A stretch of DNA of 64,000 nucleotides from Candidatus Micrarchaeia archaeon (GTDB taxonomy: Archaea > Micrarchaeota > Micrarchaeia > CABMEP01), in contig JAVZPM010000002.1 of NCBI GenBank assembly GCA_038881595.1, positions 32,001-96,000 of the forward strand, given 5' to 3'. Below the pieces are notes generated by a model, which saw nothing but the letters and a program-made list of their open reading frames with translations, was not told the origin of the DNA and searched no databases. Numbering within the stretch: position 1 is the stretch's first letter; each line of letters opens with the position of its first letter. Below, piece after piece: positions 30,382 to 40,240 of this stretch. A program made the translations under genes and the position numbers.

Positions 30382-30909
30382 TCACCAAGGTACACTTTTG
30401 AGCTTTAGTTTATATGCAATTATATTTGACAAATAATGAATTATTAAAGTTATTATTGCCAATATTGATAGTATTATCAAATCAAATTCCTTTGGTAAGT
30501 ATGGAGAAGCAAATAAAAGTGCAAAAACATAGAAGCTAAGCTGATCAAGAATTGGGACAGATTTTCCACTCTTTACATTTATTCTTCTTTTTATAAAGCT
30601 ACCAACCGCATCTCCAGTCATTGTACCGACTGAAAGCAGAAATGCAACCAGGACGTGGGTTTCAAATGTAGAATACATATTAAGGATGCCTAAAAACCAG
30701 GTAATTATTCCAATAATCGTACCAGTTAAAATTCCAATAAAGAATCCAGTCCATGTTTTTCCTTTCCCCAATATTCTCCTGCTGTCATAAAACTTTACTC
30801 CATAATCCATCGGTGTTTTGCTTGTTCCAGTTTTGAATAAAACTGGTGCTGCGTTCGCAAAATATGCAGGAAGTATGAATATAATTGCCTTAATAATTAA
30901 ATCAATCAT
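30382..30909 (-). CDS. carS: CDP-archaeol synthase
   Basis: PAYFANAAP, LGKGKTW.G, GD..GSFIKRR and LDQL; start moved to the ATG at 30909. Confidence 0.92.
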   Translation of the reverse strand: MIDLIIKAIIFILPAYFANAAPVLFKTGTSKTPMDYGVKFYDSRRILGKGKTWTGFFIGILTGTIIGIITWFLGILNMYSTFETHVLVAFLLSVGTMTGDAVGSFIKRRINVKSGKSVPILDQLSFYVFALLFASPYLPKEFDLIILSILAIITLIIHYLSNIIAYKLKLKSVPW

Positions 30910-30970
30910 TTTTTCACTTATTAGCATTAATAGCATAAATATTTTTAAATATACCAAACAATCTATTAAT

Positions 30971-31894
30971 ATGCGATCAACACAACACATAATAAAGCAA
31001 GATGGTGCAACCACTATCAGTGCTGGAACAATAATTCTTTATATAATTGCAATATTAGTTATTGCAATGTTCCTTCTCAATTTCTTATCAGTTGTAGGAG
31101 TTGGAGGGTGCGTTGGGGTAATAGAGGTAAATGGAGAGATTTCCACTTCTAAAGGATATGGATTAGTTTCTTCATCTGAAATTATTAGTTTGCTTAAGGA
31201 AGTAGAATCCAGGCCAGATATAAGAAGTGTTGTTTTAGTAATGAATACTCCTGGCGGTTCAGCAGTTGCTTCTAATGAAATTTATTTATATCTAAAAGGC
31301 ATGAAGAAGCCAACTGTTACATATATAAGTGAAATGGCAACTTCCGGAGGATATTTCATATCTCTTGGAACAGATTATATCTATTCAAATCCCTATGCAG
31401 TTACAGGGAGCATAGGTGCAAGAACTGGGTGGGTCATTGACATGTCAAGATGGCTAAATAATACAGGAATAAATATGAGTGTGATAAAAAGCGGAGAGAT
31501 GAAAGATTCCGGTGATATTTATAGACCTATGACAGAAGAAGAGAAAAAAGTATTTCAAGAAATAATTGATGAAATAGGAGGTTCTTTCCTCAATCTTACA
31601 ATATCAGAAAGATCTAAGAATGCAAGATTTAGCCAGAATTCCATATCTTTAATATCTGACGCAAGGATATTTACAGGAAAACAAGCATTTGAAATTGGAT
31701 TGGTTGATGAACTTGGAACAAGGCAAGATGCAATAAATAAGGCTGCAGCAATGGGAGGATTAGACCAGAGCCCGAGCATCTGCGTTCTTGAGACAAAGAA
31801 AGATTTCTTAAGTACTATGTTTAATGAGATGGGAAGAGGTATAGGTGAAACTTTAAGCAATAAGTTATCATTTAATAGTCTTCGTATACAATAA
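30971..31894 (+). CDS. sppA: Signal peptide peptidase SppA (S49)
   Basis: NTPGGS, ATSGGY, TGSIG, KSGEMKD and GLVDELG. Confidence 0.92.
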   Translation: MRSTQHIIKQDGATTISAGTIILYIIAILVIAMFLLNFLSVVGVGGCVGVIEVNGEISTSKGYGLVSSSEIISLLKEVESRPDIRSVVLVMNTPGGSAVASNEIYLYLKGMKKPTVTYISEMATSGGYFISLGTDYIYSNPYAVTGSIGARTGWVIDMSRWLNNTGINMSVIKSGEMKDSGDIYRPMTEEEKKVFQEIIDEIGGSFLNLTISERSKNARFSQNSISLISDARIFTGKQAFEIGLVDELGTRQDAINKAAAMGGLDQSPSICVLETKKDFLSTMFNEMGRGIGETLSNKLSFNSLRIQ

Positions 31895-31948
31895 ATATCA
31901 ATAAATATAAATAGCCTAGGATAAAAGGCAATCTAACCAAGTGAGAAA

Positions 31949-32521
31949 ATGGGAAAAAATAAGAAAAATGCATTTATATTCACAACAGATGCATTTCTTG
32001 CTCTCCCACTAGTTGTTTTGGCAGTGTCTACATTTATTGCATTTTCAGTTACTCTTCGAGATAATATTACTGTACAAGAATATGCCTACATAATTGCAAA
32101 AGATGCAATAAATGTTTTAATCGATTCAAACCCACAGCATATCGGGGGATCTGGAGATAATTCATTTGCTTATATAATTGCGCAGAATATTGTTGATTCA
32201 GATTTAAATAGCGCAAACAGTACTGCATCTGTTATCGATTCCATTGTTCCTTCTAATGCAGCGTATATACTTGAATATAAATCCGCTTCTGATAACCAAT
32301 GGAAAGAGATAAGGATTTTAGACAGAGGGAACAAGATAGCGCAAAACAAATATTCAATTCAGGTCTCAAGTACAAGGTTAATCGCAGATATCTCGCAACC
32401 AAGACTTAATCCAAGTGGCGACTGTCCAAGTGAAATAGTATGTTCTTTCCCATCAATATCACAGTATACACCAGGTTCAACAGTTGGTCCACTACTACTC
32501 AGGATAAGGGTATTCATATAA
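31949..32521 (+). CDS. Pilin-like protein (class III signal-like N-terminus)
   Basis: KKNA/FIFTTDA followed by a hydrophobic helix. Confidence 0.7.
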   Translation: MGKNKKNAFIFTTDAFLALPLVVLAVSTFIAFSVTLRDNITVQEYAYIIAKDAINVLIDSNPQHIGGSGDNSFAYIIAQNIVDSDLNSANSTASVIDSIVPSNAAYILEYKSASDNQWKEIRILDRGNKIAQNKYSIQVSSTRLIADISQPRLNPSGDCPSEIVCSFPSISQYTPGSTVGPLLLRIRVFI

Positions 32522-32549
32522 TAAATATATTCAAAGGATAAGTGTTTAT

Positions 32550-33968
32550 ATGTTAGGAAAAGAAAATTTCAAAACAAAAAAATCAAAAATGCAATATAGT
32601 AAGCAGAGAAAGGGATTTGTATTTACAATCCTAACCTTAGTTATAATAGTATTCATGATTATAGAACTTAACATATATTTCAGGACATACGAATTGAAAC
32701 TTGCTAATGAGCCAACGAAATTAAGGCTTCAGGTAATACAGGATTTCATAAGAGCATATTCTCCAAACTATTTCAATGAAACTGCATATTCTTTCATTTA
32801 TTCCTCTTTATATGAACTTAACAAAGATTCAATCCAATATCCACCATCCCAATCAAGTTTAGCTGAATTAATTTGGAATATATCTTATTCAGGAAAGAGA
32901 ACAGACAGCCGTACAGTACAGCTAATAGATCAGACTAAAACACTATCATCTTATGATTCAAATCTATCTGCTCTTGCAAAGTCAATGAATATTGATTTGG
33001 TTGTTAATTATAAGGATTTCAACATCACACAAATAGATTATTGGACTGTACAGTACAATTTTACAATTGCAGTTTCAATAAATGATAAAGCATCCAGTAC
33101 AAGTGTTAAGTTCACTTCTCCTATTTCATTAAACATCTCAATAATTGGATTTGAAGATCCTTGGCTCGCAAGAATGGGATTCAGAAATAAGAGTATAATA
33201 CCTGTAGATCAGATTCAGATTGATCAGATAAGGCCTTCCCTTTTAATGAACGGGACAAGAGGAAGAGGATGGTTTTATGGCGAACCAATAATAGTGACAA
33301 GCTGTCCTTCTGCTGATTTTGAATTCAGTGATTCTTTCTTAGAGAATAAGACCAAGATAATGGTTACAGACAACACAGGAGTTGCTAGGGAATGCGGTCA
33401 GCTTTTTGGAGCAGTTATAGTAGTATCTGATCAAAACGCAAACACAAATCCATTTGTTGGATTAGATGTCCCATTATTCATAAACTCTTCAGCAAAAATC
33501 TCAGATATTCCAAGGCAACCTATCTTAATAGTTTCAGATAACGATACAGTAATAACAGATGACAGTTCAGGTCATTATCATTACATGCTTGACATAAACA
33601 ATCTAAGAAGTGGAATAGAATGCGGAAGATATTTTGTAAGGCCATATAATAATTATGGCTATCTAAGAAGGCTCACAAACAACGTTACTGGAGTTTTTGA
33701 TGAATTTGGTATAGAAACCATTCTGTCAGGTACAACACAAGCAATCCCAACTTCGAGATCCTCTTATAGTTTTGTTGACAGAGAATACAACTCATCCATC
33801 CCCGGTAATCTAATTAAGGGTCTTCCAGGTTGCAGTAATCAATTGATATGCAATTATACAAAGGATTATCATTCTTCTTCAATACCTTATCCGACACGAT
33901 TAAGTACGGATGCAGCTAGATATTATTTAGGTTTATTTAACTCCTCAATGATTATAAAAAGAGATTAG
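32550..33968 (+). CDS. Large minor pilin or adhesin
   Basis: RKG/FVFTIL class III site plus TM helix; I.GFEDP motif; large extracellular part. Confidence 0.7.
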   Translation: MLGKENFKTKKSKMQYSKQRKGFVFTILTLVIIVFMIIELNIYFRTYELKLANEPTKLRLQVIQDFIRAYSPNYFNETAYSFIYSSLYELNKDSIQYPPSQSSLAELIWNISYSGKRTDSRTVQLIDQTKTLSSYDSNLSALAKSMNIDLVVNYKDFNITQIDYWTVQYNFTIAVSINDKASSTSVKFTSPISLNISIIGFEDPWLARMGFRNKSIIPVDQIQIDQIRPSLLMNGTRGRGWFYGEPIIVTSCPSADFEFSDSFLENKTKIMVTDNTGVARECGQLFGAVIVVSDQNANTNPFVGLDVPLFINSSAKISDIPRQPILIVSDNDTVITDDSSGHYHYMLDINNLRSGIECGRYFVRPYNNYGYLRRLTNNVTGVFDEFGIETILSGTTQAIPTSRSSYSFVDREYNSSIPGNLIKGLPGCSNQLICNYTKDYHSSSIPYPTRLSTDAARYYLGLFNSSMIIKRD

Positions 33969-33969
33969 G

Positions 33970-34422
33970 ATGATAACAATGGGAAATGAATTGTTGTTTA
34001 AAGGTCAAATAATGCTTGAAACTCTAATAATAGTCTCATTCCTCTTGCTTATCCTAATTCCTACTGTAATTTACATCTTGTCTGTTCTTTCCACCGAGTC
34101 ATGGAAGACAGATGCAAATCAAGCATATTCAACATTGACAAAAATCGTTTCGATATCTAACAAGCTAGCAATGCTAGGCAATGGTTCATCTTCTTATGAA
34201 TCTATATTTCTTCCATCAAGCACTCAACGAATGAATGTATCAAGTGATGGAAGAGAAATCTTCATTACTTTAAAAGGACCTAAATCAGATGATTTGCAAG
34301 TTGTTGCTTTAAGTCCAGTCATTATAAGATTGAATTCAACTCAAGACTGGACCAATATTAAAGGAGCACAAACACTTATGTTTGTTGTTCAAGATGGAGA
34401 GGTAATAATATCAAAAACATAA
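33970..34422 (+). CDS. Minor pilin
   Basis: KGQ/IMLE followed by a hydrophobic helix. Confidence 0.75.
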   Translation: MITMGNELLFKGQIMLETLIIVSFLLLILIPTVIYILSVLSTESWKTDANQAYSTLTKIVSISNKLAMLGNGSSSYESIFLPSSTQRMNVSSDGREIFITLKGPKSDDLQVVALSPVIIRLNSTQDWTNIKGAQTLMFVVQDGEVIISKT

Positions 34423-34495
34423 TATATTCTAATAGAAAGATTAGTAATTTGAATATCAGAATTAGCAATGTTTATTTTATTAATGGTGTGGTTTC

Positions 34496-34948
34496 ATGAA
34501 GAAAATTAATAATCTCGTAAAAAAAGGACAAGTTGCATTTGAATTCCTTCTCATTTATAGCTTTTTCATATTTGTATTTCTTTCTTCGCTTTATATAATC
34601 TCTGGACAGGCAGTTCAACAACAAAGGTATGCAGAAGGATTGTATGCGAGAGAATTTATTGTAACAATTGCAGATGAGATAAACGCAGCAGCTATGATTG
34701 AAGGCTACGAAAAGAATTTAAATATTCCAACTACAATGAGCAGCGTCCCATATCAACTATATGTATATAAAGGTATGATTGGATTAAATTACAGCTCAAT
34801 AACGAATATAGATCTACTATATCCTTTAGCAACAGATAAAGTATTTGTAAATGGAGTAGATACATCTAAGTACATTGGATATATTAATACAGCAAAAGGA
34901 AAGTTAAAAATAATAAGCTCACAGGGCATGGTGATCTTAAATGACTAA
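34496..34948 (+). CDS. Minor pilin
   Basis: KKGQ/VAFEF followed by a hydrophobic helix. Confidence 0.78.
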   Translation: MKKINNLVKKGQVAFEFLLIYSFFIFVFLSSLYIISGQAVQQQRYAEGLYAREFIVTIADEINAAAMIEGYEKNLNIPTTMSSVPYQLYVYKGMIGLNYSSITNIDLLYPLATDKVFVNGVDTSKYIGYINTAKGKLKIISSQGMVILND

Positions 34949-35453
34949 AATTTTTAATTCAAATGAAAACAAAATAAAATACAGAACTAAAAAAGGCCAG
35001 TTTTTTTCGTATGATGCGATAGTAGCTGGAATACTTTTCATTCTTCTTTTGACAATACTTTATAATTATTGGAATTCATTAAGAACAACAGTTTCAATAA
35101 GGATTGATGATTCATCAAGAATTGCATTAAGTGTTTCGAACATGCTTCTGACACCTGGTTATCCTTTAAATTGGAATTCATCTAACTTTAATCAGATAGG
35201 ATTAACAGAAAACTATAATACAATAAAACTTAATGAAGCAAAGGTTTCAAATCTCACTCTTATTTCTTATATAAATTATGAATTGATGAAAGAAAGGCTG
35301 GGGGTAGGACCTTATGAGATATATATTACAATCGGAGATGAAAGAATAGGCAATGCTCCTTTAAATCCGACATCCAAGGTCACAATAACAAGGCCAGCCA
35401 TATATAAGGATAGATTAGAAAATTTATCCGTAACTATTTGGAGTACAAAATGA
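34941..35453 (+). CDS. Minor pilin
   Basis: KKGQ/FFSYDA plus helix; LLTPGYP.NW motif. Confidence 0.75.
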   Translation: MTKIFNSNENKIKYRTKKGQFFSYDAIVAGILFILLLTILYNYWNSLRTTVSIRIDDSSRIALSVSNMLLTPGYPLNWNSSNFNQIGLTENYNTIKLNEAKVSNLTLISYINYELMKERLGVGPYEIYITIGDERIGNAPLNPTSKVTITRPAIYKDRLENLSVTIWSTK

Positions 35454-35479
35454 TTTTTTGTATTTAGACTTATTTGGAC

Positions 35480-35986
35480 TTACTTATCTTTTTCTTTATT
35501 TAAAAAGAATTTCATTCTGTCTATTAATCCTATATTTTCATTTTTTCTAGATTCTGCTTCGATTTCATCTTTGACATTTGTTTTTTGACTCGTTTCTTCT
35601 ATTTTTACTTTATCTTCTTCGTTCTTTCTTTTATATTCAGAGTAAAACTTTTCAACTGTTCTCCTGTTGACATAATCGTGCTGCCTGAATCCTCCTCCGA
35701 ATGATTTAGGTATGTGCAGCAACTCATGAATCAATACTTTCGTTCTTTCTTCTTCATTCATTTTGTCGAATCTCTCACTAATTACCTCTATAACATAAAA
35801 AGGATCTGTATTCATCCCAAGTTGCATCACTTTCGGTAGTCCATGACATCTAGCAATTACTCTTCTTGAGTTAGTTCCATAGCTTCTAAAACAAGCAATC
35901 CTCTCTATGTTTACATAGTTGATATTTAGTTTTTCAACTATGTCTTTTATCTTTTCTTCCAAGTCCCTTGCTCTTTCGTATTTCAT
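35480..35986 (-). CDS. Putative zinc metallopeptidase (HExxH)
   Basis: KVLIHELLHIPK.F.GG motif. Confidence 0.75.
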   Translation of the reverse strand: MKYERARDLEEKIKDIVEKLNINYVNIERIACFRSYGTNSRRVIARCHGLPKVMQLGMNTDPFYVIEVISERFDKMNEEERTKVLIHELLHIPKSFGGGFRQHDYVNRRTVEKFYSEYKRKNEEDKVKIEETSQKTNVKDEIEAESRKNENIGLIDRMKFFLNKEKDK

Positions 35987-36061
35987 AAAATAAGATTTGA
36001 TGTAAATGATTTTAAATCTAGAGTTAATTTTATTTCCAATAAGATGAGTTTAAAATATGAT

Positions 36062-36511
36062 TTACCAGTTTGGATATTTGGATTTTAGTTCATTAAGATA
36101 AAATTTATATGCTTCAATAGAATCCATATTGTGGTTTCTTGTGAATCTTTCATTCATTTTATGTGGATTCAGCATTGCATTTATTGTCTTCAACAATGCC
36201 ATCTCTTCTATTGTTATTTTTTCATTCCTATTGACGATCTTCTTTCTTATTATCTGAAGAGAAGGATTCCAGGCCATATGAAAATTTTTAACACACCATC
36301 GTGCGCCACGATCAATTAGTATATTAACTATTTTTTCTGCTATATATCCGTTTTCTAGTCTTTCACTTTTATTTATTCTACCTCTACTTTCTTCTAACCT
36401 TTTTATCAAAGGCAAGAAGTCAATTATCTCTAGTTTATCCTGATGGGGCTCGCCAAAATTCTTATTCGATTTGGATGCATTACCGTCTTCCATGAATCTG
36501 AATTTTTCCAT
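36062..36511 (-). CDS. Hypothetical protein
   Basis: Open ORF; start moved to the ATG at 36511 to avoid overlapping ppdK; no motif recognised. Confidence 0.5.
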   Translation of the reverse strand: MEKFRFMEDGNASKSNKNFGEPHQDKLEIIDFLPLIKRLEESRGRINKSERLENGYIAEKIVNILIDRGARWCVKNFHMAWNPSLQIIRKKIVNRNEKITIEEMALLKTINAMLNPHKMNERFTRNHNMDSIEAYKFYLNELKSKYPNW

Positions 36512-36629
36512 AAAACCACATATAAAGCCATCATAATATTTATAGAATTTAAAACATTCAATCTTTATATTTCTTTCTATTTTATTATTATTGCTTATTT
36601 TATACAATTTAGATTTGAAAGTGATTATT

Positions 36630-39284
36630 ATGGCAAAAATAAAAGAGGTATATCTGTTTAAAGAAGGTTCAAGCAAGATGAGGCAAATACTTGGGGGTAA
36701 AGGTTGTGAATTGTCTGAGATGACAAGAATCGGATTGCCAGTTCCACCTGGAATTGTAATAACTACAGAACAGTGTCTTATTTATCAGAAGACCAAGAAA
36801 ATCTCAAAAGATCTTGAAAATAAAATATTTAAAGCACTTTCAAGTGTTGAGAAGCAAGTTGGTAAGAAGTTTGGAGACGAAAAAAATCCACTTTTAATTT
36901 CAGTAAGATCCGGAGCACCAGTTTCAATGCCAGGTATGATGGATACGATTTTAAATCTAGGATTAAACGATAAGACAGTCATAGGTTTTGCAAAAAATAC
37001 AAATGAAAGAACAGCTTATGATGCATATAGAAGATTGATACAGATGTTCGGAGAGGTTGTTCTTGGAATCAAGAAAGAAAAATTTGATAAAATATTTGAT
37101 TCTGTAAAGGAAGAGCATGGAAGAAAGCAGGATATAGAATTAAGTGTTGATGAGCTTAAAGAGATAATTTCAAAATACAAGCATCTTGTTCATCAAGAAA
37201 CTGGAAAGGAATTTCCAGACGATCCAAGAAAGCAGCTTTTAATGGCTGTGGAAGCAGTGTTTAACTCTTGGAACAATCCAAGAGCGATAACTTACAGAAA
37301 CTTGTATAATATTCCACACGAGATGGGAACTGCAGTAGTCATCCAAGCAATGGTGTTTGGAAATAGTGGAGAAAAGAGTGGTACTGGAGTTGCATTTACA
37401 AGAAATCCATCAACGGGTGAGAAAAAGCTTTATGGCGAATATCTAATTAATGCACAAGGAGAGGATGTAGTTGCAGGAATAAGAACACCACAACCTATAG
37501 AAAAAATGAAAAAAGAATTGCCACAGGCCTACAAAGAATTAGAAAAAATAGCAAAGCTTCTTGAAAAACACTATAGAGAAATGCAGGATATGGAGTTTAC
37601 AATTGAAAATGGAAAGTTATGGATGCTCCAGACAAGAGCAGGTAAGAGAACTGCAGCTGCAGCTGTAAAGATTGCAGTAGATATGGTCAAAGAAAAACTA
37701 ATAACAAAGGAAGAGGCAATAATGAGAGTTTCGCCCTCTCAGATAGATCAGTTGCTACATAGACAAATAGATCCAAGTGTTAAAGTCAATCCGATTGCAA
37801 AAGGATTGCCTGCAAGCCCAGGTGCAGCAACTGGAAAGATTGTATTTACAGCAGATGAAGCTGCAGAAAAAGGTAAGAAGGAAAAGGTAATTCTTGTTGC
37901 AGTTGAAACCACTCCAGATGACATCCATGGTATGATCGCATCTCAAGGAATTCTTACCAGCAGAGGAGGAATGACTTGTCATGCAGCAGTGGTAGCAAGA
38001 GGTCTAGGTCTACCATCAGTTGTAGGATGCGAGGCTGCAAAAGTAGATATCGATAAGAAAATACTTACAATAAACGGAAAGGTATTCAAAGAAGGAGATT
38101 TGATCACTATTGATGGTTCAACAGGGAATGTGATAGAGGGAGAGGTAAAATTAGTTGAGCCATCAATCTCAGGTGAATTCGATGTATTTTTGAACTGGTG
38201 CGATTCAGTTGCAAGGATGAAAGTAAGAGCGAATGCAGACACTCCTTCTGCTGCAAAAGGAGCACGCAACTTTGGGGCAAAAGGAATTGGGTTATGCAGA
38301 ACAGAAAGAATGTTCAACGATCCAGAGAGACTTCCTTTTGTACAAAAGATGATTCTCTCAGAGACAGCAGAGGAGAGAAAGAAATGGCTAGCAAAGCTTA
38401 AGGAATTTCAGGTTAAGGATTTCTATGAGATTTTCCTTGCAATGGATGGTTTGCCAGTAACTGTCCGTTTGCTAGATCCACCACTTCATGAATTTCTGCC
38501 TAAGCTCGAAGAATTGCTTGCAGAAATAGCAGAACTCAGTTCAAAGAAGGTTGATGAAAGAGTTATTGAGGAGAAGCAGGCAATGCTTAAGAAGGTAAGA
38601 GAGCTGCAGGAATTCAATCCAATGTTAGGCCATAGAGGATCAAGATTAGGAATCACTTATCCAGAGATTTACGAAATGCAAGTCTCTGCAATATTTGAAG
38701 CAGTTGCAAGATTAAAGAAAGAGAAAAAGAATCCAATCGTAGAAGTGATGGTTCCATTGATAGGAAACATCAATGAACTAAAGATATTAAAGCCAATAAT
38801 AAAGAAGACTGCTGATGAAATATTAGAAAGAGAAAAAGTAAAACTAAATTATACGATTGGAACAATGATAGAGATCCCAAGAGCTGCATTAACAGCAGAT
38901 GAAATAGCACAAGAGGCAGAGTTCTTCTCATTTGGAACCAATGACCTTACTCAAACAACACTTGGATTTAGCAGAGATGATGCAGAGGCCAAATTCTTGC
39001 AGCTTTATCTCAATAAAGGAATTTACAAGTCTAATCCATTTGAAGTAATAGATTATGGGGTAGGAAAGCTTGTGGACATGGCAGTTAAGCTTGGAAGATC
39101 TACAAGAAAGAACCTTAAGGTCGGAGTATGTGGAGAAACAGGTGGAGAACCTACTTCAATCAAATTTTATCATGATGTAGGATTAGATTATGTAAGCTGC
39201 TCTCAATACAGAGTTCCAATTGCAAGATTGGCTTGCGCTCAGGCAGCTTTAGCAGAAAAAATGAAAGTGAAAAATGCAGAATGA
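36630..39284 (+). CDS. ppdK: Pyruvate phosphate dikinase
   Basis: LGGKG, SVRSGA..SMPGMM, GGMTCHAAVVAR, CRTE and FSFGTNDLTQ. Confidence 0.97.
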   Translation: MAKIKEVYLFKEGSSKMRQILGGKGCELSEMTRIGLPVPPGIVITTEQCLIYQKTKKISKDLENKIFKALSSVEKQVGKKFGDEKNPLLISVRSGAPVSMPGMMDTILNLGLNDKTVIGFAKNTNERTAYDAYRRLIQMFGEVVLGIKKEKFDKIFDSVKEEHGRKQDIELSVDELKEIISKYKHLVHQETGKEFPDDPRKQLLMAVEAVFNSWNNPRAITYRNLYNIPHEMGTAVVIQAMVFGNSGEKSGTGVAFTRNPSTGEKKLYGEYLINAQGEDVVAGIRTPQPIEKMKKELPQAYKELEKIAKLLEKHYREMQDMEFTIENGKLWMLQTRAGKRTAAAAVKIAVDMVKEKLITKEEAIMRVSPSQIDQLLHRQIDPSVKVNPIAKGLPASPGAATGKIVFTADEAAEKGKKEKVILVAVETTPDDIHGMIASQGILTSRGGMTCHAAVVARGLGLPSVVGCEAAKVDIDKKILTINGKVFKEGDLITIDGSTGNVIEGEVKLVEPSISGEFDVFLNWCDSVARMKVRANADTPSAAKGARNFGAKGIGLCRTERMFNDPERLPFVQKMILSETAEERKKWLAKLKEFQVKDFYEIFLAMDGLPVTVRLLDPPLHEFLPKLEELLAEIAELSSKKVDERVIEEKQAMLKKVRELQEFNPMLGHRGSRLGITYPEIYEMQVSAIFEAVARLKKEKKNPIVEVMVPLIGNINELKILKPIIKKTADEILEREKVKLNYTIGTMIEIPRAALTADEIAQEAEFFSFGTNDLTQTTLGFSRDDAEAKFLQLYLNKGIYKSNPFEVIDYGVGKLVDMAVKLGRSTRKNLKVGVCGETGGEPTSIKFYHDVGLDYVSCSQYRVPIARLACAQAALAEKMKVKNAE

Positions 39285-39408
39285 ATGATAGATTCAAAAT
39301 GTTTGATAGATAATTTTTTTGTTTTTGTTTTTTATTTTAGTTATTTTTTTATTAGTCTTTATCTCTTTTATTTTTTATTTTCTTTCTTTTTTGTTGTCTA
39401 TTATCTTA

Positions 39409-40176
39409 TTATCTAACGTCTTCGTATTCCTGCTTCGACTTTCCAGTAAGGGTGTATTTTATTAGATTTGTGGCATGGAAGAAAAAGAACTTCTTGTATC
39501 CCCAGTGCTTGAGTCGCCTCGCTGAAGTATATGTTACTGCATCAACAAATCTTATCTTTCCTTTTTTCTTTATTCTGTTAAAGAGGTCTATGTCTTCTGC
39601 AGTTTTAAGATCAAGATTGAATCCTCCTATTTGATTAAAAGCGTCTTTTCTGACAGCCATGTTCATTCCTGCAACAGCAGGCTTTCCAATTAGATCAGTG
39701 AATCTTATATAAGGTGTGAATAATCTTGCCAGTATATTATCTATCTTGCTTCCATCTCTCATCAAAACTCTTCCATAAACAGCTACAACTTTTTCATCTT
39801 TAGAGAATGCATCCGCTATTTTCCTCAACCAATCCTTCTCTGCGATTGTGTCAGAATCAATAAATGCAATTATCTTTCCTTTAGCTATTTCAGCTCCCTT
39901 CTGTCTCTCTGCTGCTGCAGATCTCCTTTTTTCAATTATCACTTTGTCTGCATACTTTCTTGCAATTTCTCTTGTTTTATCTTCGCTGTTTCCGTCGCAT
40001 ACAATTATCTCTAAAGGTTTGTAAGATTGGTTCTTTAACGATTTTAAGCATGATTCTATATATTTCTCTTCATTCAATGCAGGAACTACAACACTTATTT
40101 CAAGCTTATTATTCGTCTTTCTTTTTTCTTTTTTTTCTTGCACCTTTTCATTATCTCTTTTTTTATCTTTTTTCAT
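39409..40176 (-). CDS. Glycosyltransferase family 2
   Basis: SVVVPALNEE, DGNSEDKT, FIDSD and EDIDL. Confidence 0.92.
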   Translation of the reverse strand: MKKDKKRDNEKVQEKKEKRKTNNKLEISVVVPALNEEKYIESCLKSLKNQSYKPLEIIVCDGNSEDKTREIARKYADKVIIEKRRSAAAERQKGAEIAKGKIIAFIDSDTIAEKDWLRKIADAFSKDEKVVAVYGRVLMRDGSKIDNILARLFTPYIRFTDLIGKPAVAGMNMAVRKDAFNQIGGFNLDLKTAEDIDLFNRIKKKGKIRFVDAVTYTSARRLKHWGYKKFFFFHATNLIKYTLTGKSKQEYEDVR

Positions 40177-40240
40177 TTAGGCACCTTAAAATTTTAAAAG
40201 AAAGATCGAATTAAAAATAAATAAAATAAAAACAGAAAAA

